A stretch of 64,000 bases of DNA from Spirochaetota bacterium (lineage in GTDB: Bacteria > Spirochaetota > UBA4802 > UBA5550): positions 128,001-192,000 of the forward strand of contig OY760686.1 of NCBI GenBank assembly GCA_963663865.1, in the 5' to 3' direction. Position 1 is the first letter of the stretch, and each line of letters opens with the position of its first letter. Under the pieces are notes generated by a model. It searched no databases. It had not been told where the DNA came from and saw only the letters and a program-made list of their open reading frames with translations. The position numbers and the translations under genes are program-made. This document shows, in pieces, positions 62,711-64,000 of the stretch.

Positions 62711-64000
62711 ATGATCCTAAATATCGTTACCCTGGCAGCCTGTCTGACACTTCTTATGATATTCAGACATATGGACAGGTCAAATTCCGGAATGACAAAG
62801 ATCCGCCGTTACGCGGGCAAGATGTTTGATGACTTCAGGCGGCTGGCTGAAACAGAGAAGCGTAAATTCAGAGACGCCACCATTGAAATGGACATTCTCA
62901 TAAAAAAGTCCGGAACTCTCACGGAAAACCTTTCACAGTCGATCAAAGAAATCGAGTCGAAACTCTCCGGCCTTGAAACCGAGAAGTCCGGGTTAAAGAA
63001 GGTTGAAGAAGACCTGAAAGTCGTGTCATCATCGGCGAGGGATGTAAACAGACAGATCGAGTACATCGCCGCGGCAAGACAGGACTTCAACGACATGACA
63101 AAACAGGTCGCGTCTCTTCAGGAAAACATCACCTCTCTGCGGGGAGAATCGCAAACAATCGTTAACACTTTCAATTCAAAGATAAGGGAACGTTCCAGAG
63201 AGCTCGTTGAGGAGTTTACTTCTACTATAAACCACCACAGAGAATCGTTTGAGGAGAAAGAGGAAAGGGTTCACAGCCTCAAGGCTACAATTGACGACCT
63301 GGAAAACACGGCATTTGCCGATATTCGTGACAGGTCAACCGACCTCAAGGAGTCTGTCAGGACGGCTGTCAGCCAGTTCGAAGGGCTCAGAAGCGGAATG
63401 TTCGAGAAACTCGACAACGACATGGACAGAGCCTATGACCGGCTCCGCGACGTCGAAACTACCGTAGATGATTACAAGAAAAACCTCATAGGCACCTTTG
63501 AAGATGAAGTCTCCAAAATCAGAACCGAAATTGACAAGCTGAATCTCCATTCTATCGCCAAGAAGGATGAACTCGTTCAGGCGACAAGAAGGGAAGCTGA
63601 AGAAATCAGAGTTAAGCTTGAAGAGTTCCATGAGCAGGTTATGGAGCAGGAGAAACGGCTGATGAAGTCCGCTGAAAGCAAGATGGAGCTTCTTGACTCG
63701 GAATACCAATCCGTTGACGAGAAGTTCAGCCTCCTCTCGGAGAGGATTAAAAACGACTTCAGCAATATGGAAACAAGGCTGAAAGACATGAAAGATGAGA
63801 TTATATCCTACGAGCAGGAGAACAGGGTTTTCAGCAGAAGCGATGAAATGATATCATCCGTAGAGGAGTCTCTTTCAAGGCTTTCCGGGCTCCTTGAAAC
63901 ATCTCAGGGCGAAGCCCGCCACCTTGAGAAGTTCATCGAGGAATTTGATGAGCTGAAAGAGCTAAAGAAAAACGTCAGCAGCGAGATACGGGCGTATCAG
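62711..64000 (+). CDS. SpiroCoCo-family membrane-anchored coiled-coil protein (runs off window end; not in ORF track)
   Basis: GGAG RBS; MILNIVTLAACLTLLMIFRHMDRSNSGMTKIRRY followed by long heptad-like sequence. Confidence 0.8.
   Translation, partial: MILNIVTLAACLTLLMIFRHMDRSNSGMTKIRRYAGKMFDDFRRLAETEKRKFRDATIEMDILIKKSGTLTENLSQSIKEIESKLSGLETEKSGLKKVEEDLKVVSSSARDVNRQIEYIAAARQDFNDMTKQVASLQENITSLRGESQTIVNTFNSKIRERSRELVEEFTSTINHHRESFEEKEERVHSLKATIDDLENTAFADIRDRSTDLKESVRTAVSQFEGLRSGMFEKLDNDMDRAYDRLRDVETTVDDYKKNLIGTFEDEVSKIRTEIDKLNLHSIAKKDELVQATRREAEEIRVKLEEFHEQVMEQEKRLMKSAESKMELLDSEYQSVDEKFSLLSERIKNDFSNMETRLKDMKDEIISYEQENRVFSRSDEMISSVEESLSRLSGLLETSQGEARHLEKFIEEFDELKELKKNVSSEIRAYQ

Noticed and set aside
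62809-63789. Several short ORFs at the window end
   Set aside because: They are shadows of the plus-strand coiled-coil gene starting at 62711

Overview
Chromosomal window from a spirochaete, probably a Leptospira-related lineage. Evidence: spirochaetal FlaB flagellins, CheX, LipL21-like lipoproteins, a SpiroCoCo coiled-coil protein and 5S rRNA genes unlinked from 16S/23S. Positions 1-43.4 kb and 60.9-64 kb are mostly housekeeping: nadC, uvrB, purN, pyrE, flaB x2, aconitase, a PurH-like AICARFT, DegP, cheX, alaS, recX, rplM/rpsI, gdhA and a tandem pair of 5S rRNA genes. About 43.5-60.9 kb is a visibly AT-richer accessory island centred on a 2117-aa SpvB/FG-GAP/YD-RHS (fused TcB-TcC-like) protein. 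That protein has a Sec-type N-terminus and an inserted transmembrane hairpin ending in an internal lipobox (LTAC) just before the RHS core. It is followed by an array of orphan C-terminal cassettes, each paired with a different exported partner gene (beta-barrels or a lipoprotein). One orphan is split by an IS256 with an 8-bp TSD and by a 57-bp structured GGA-loop element that has a covarying second copy nearby. The island also carries a RelE/ParE toxin-antitoxin pair, IS3/IS21 remnants and clusters of CsrA-site-like GGA-loop hairpin repeats. All family calls are from motif recognition by eye; no database searches were run.
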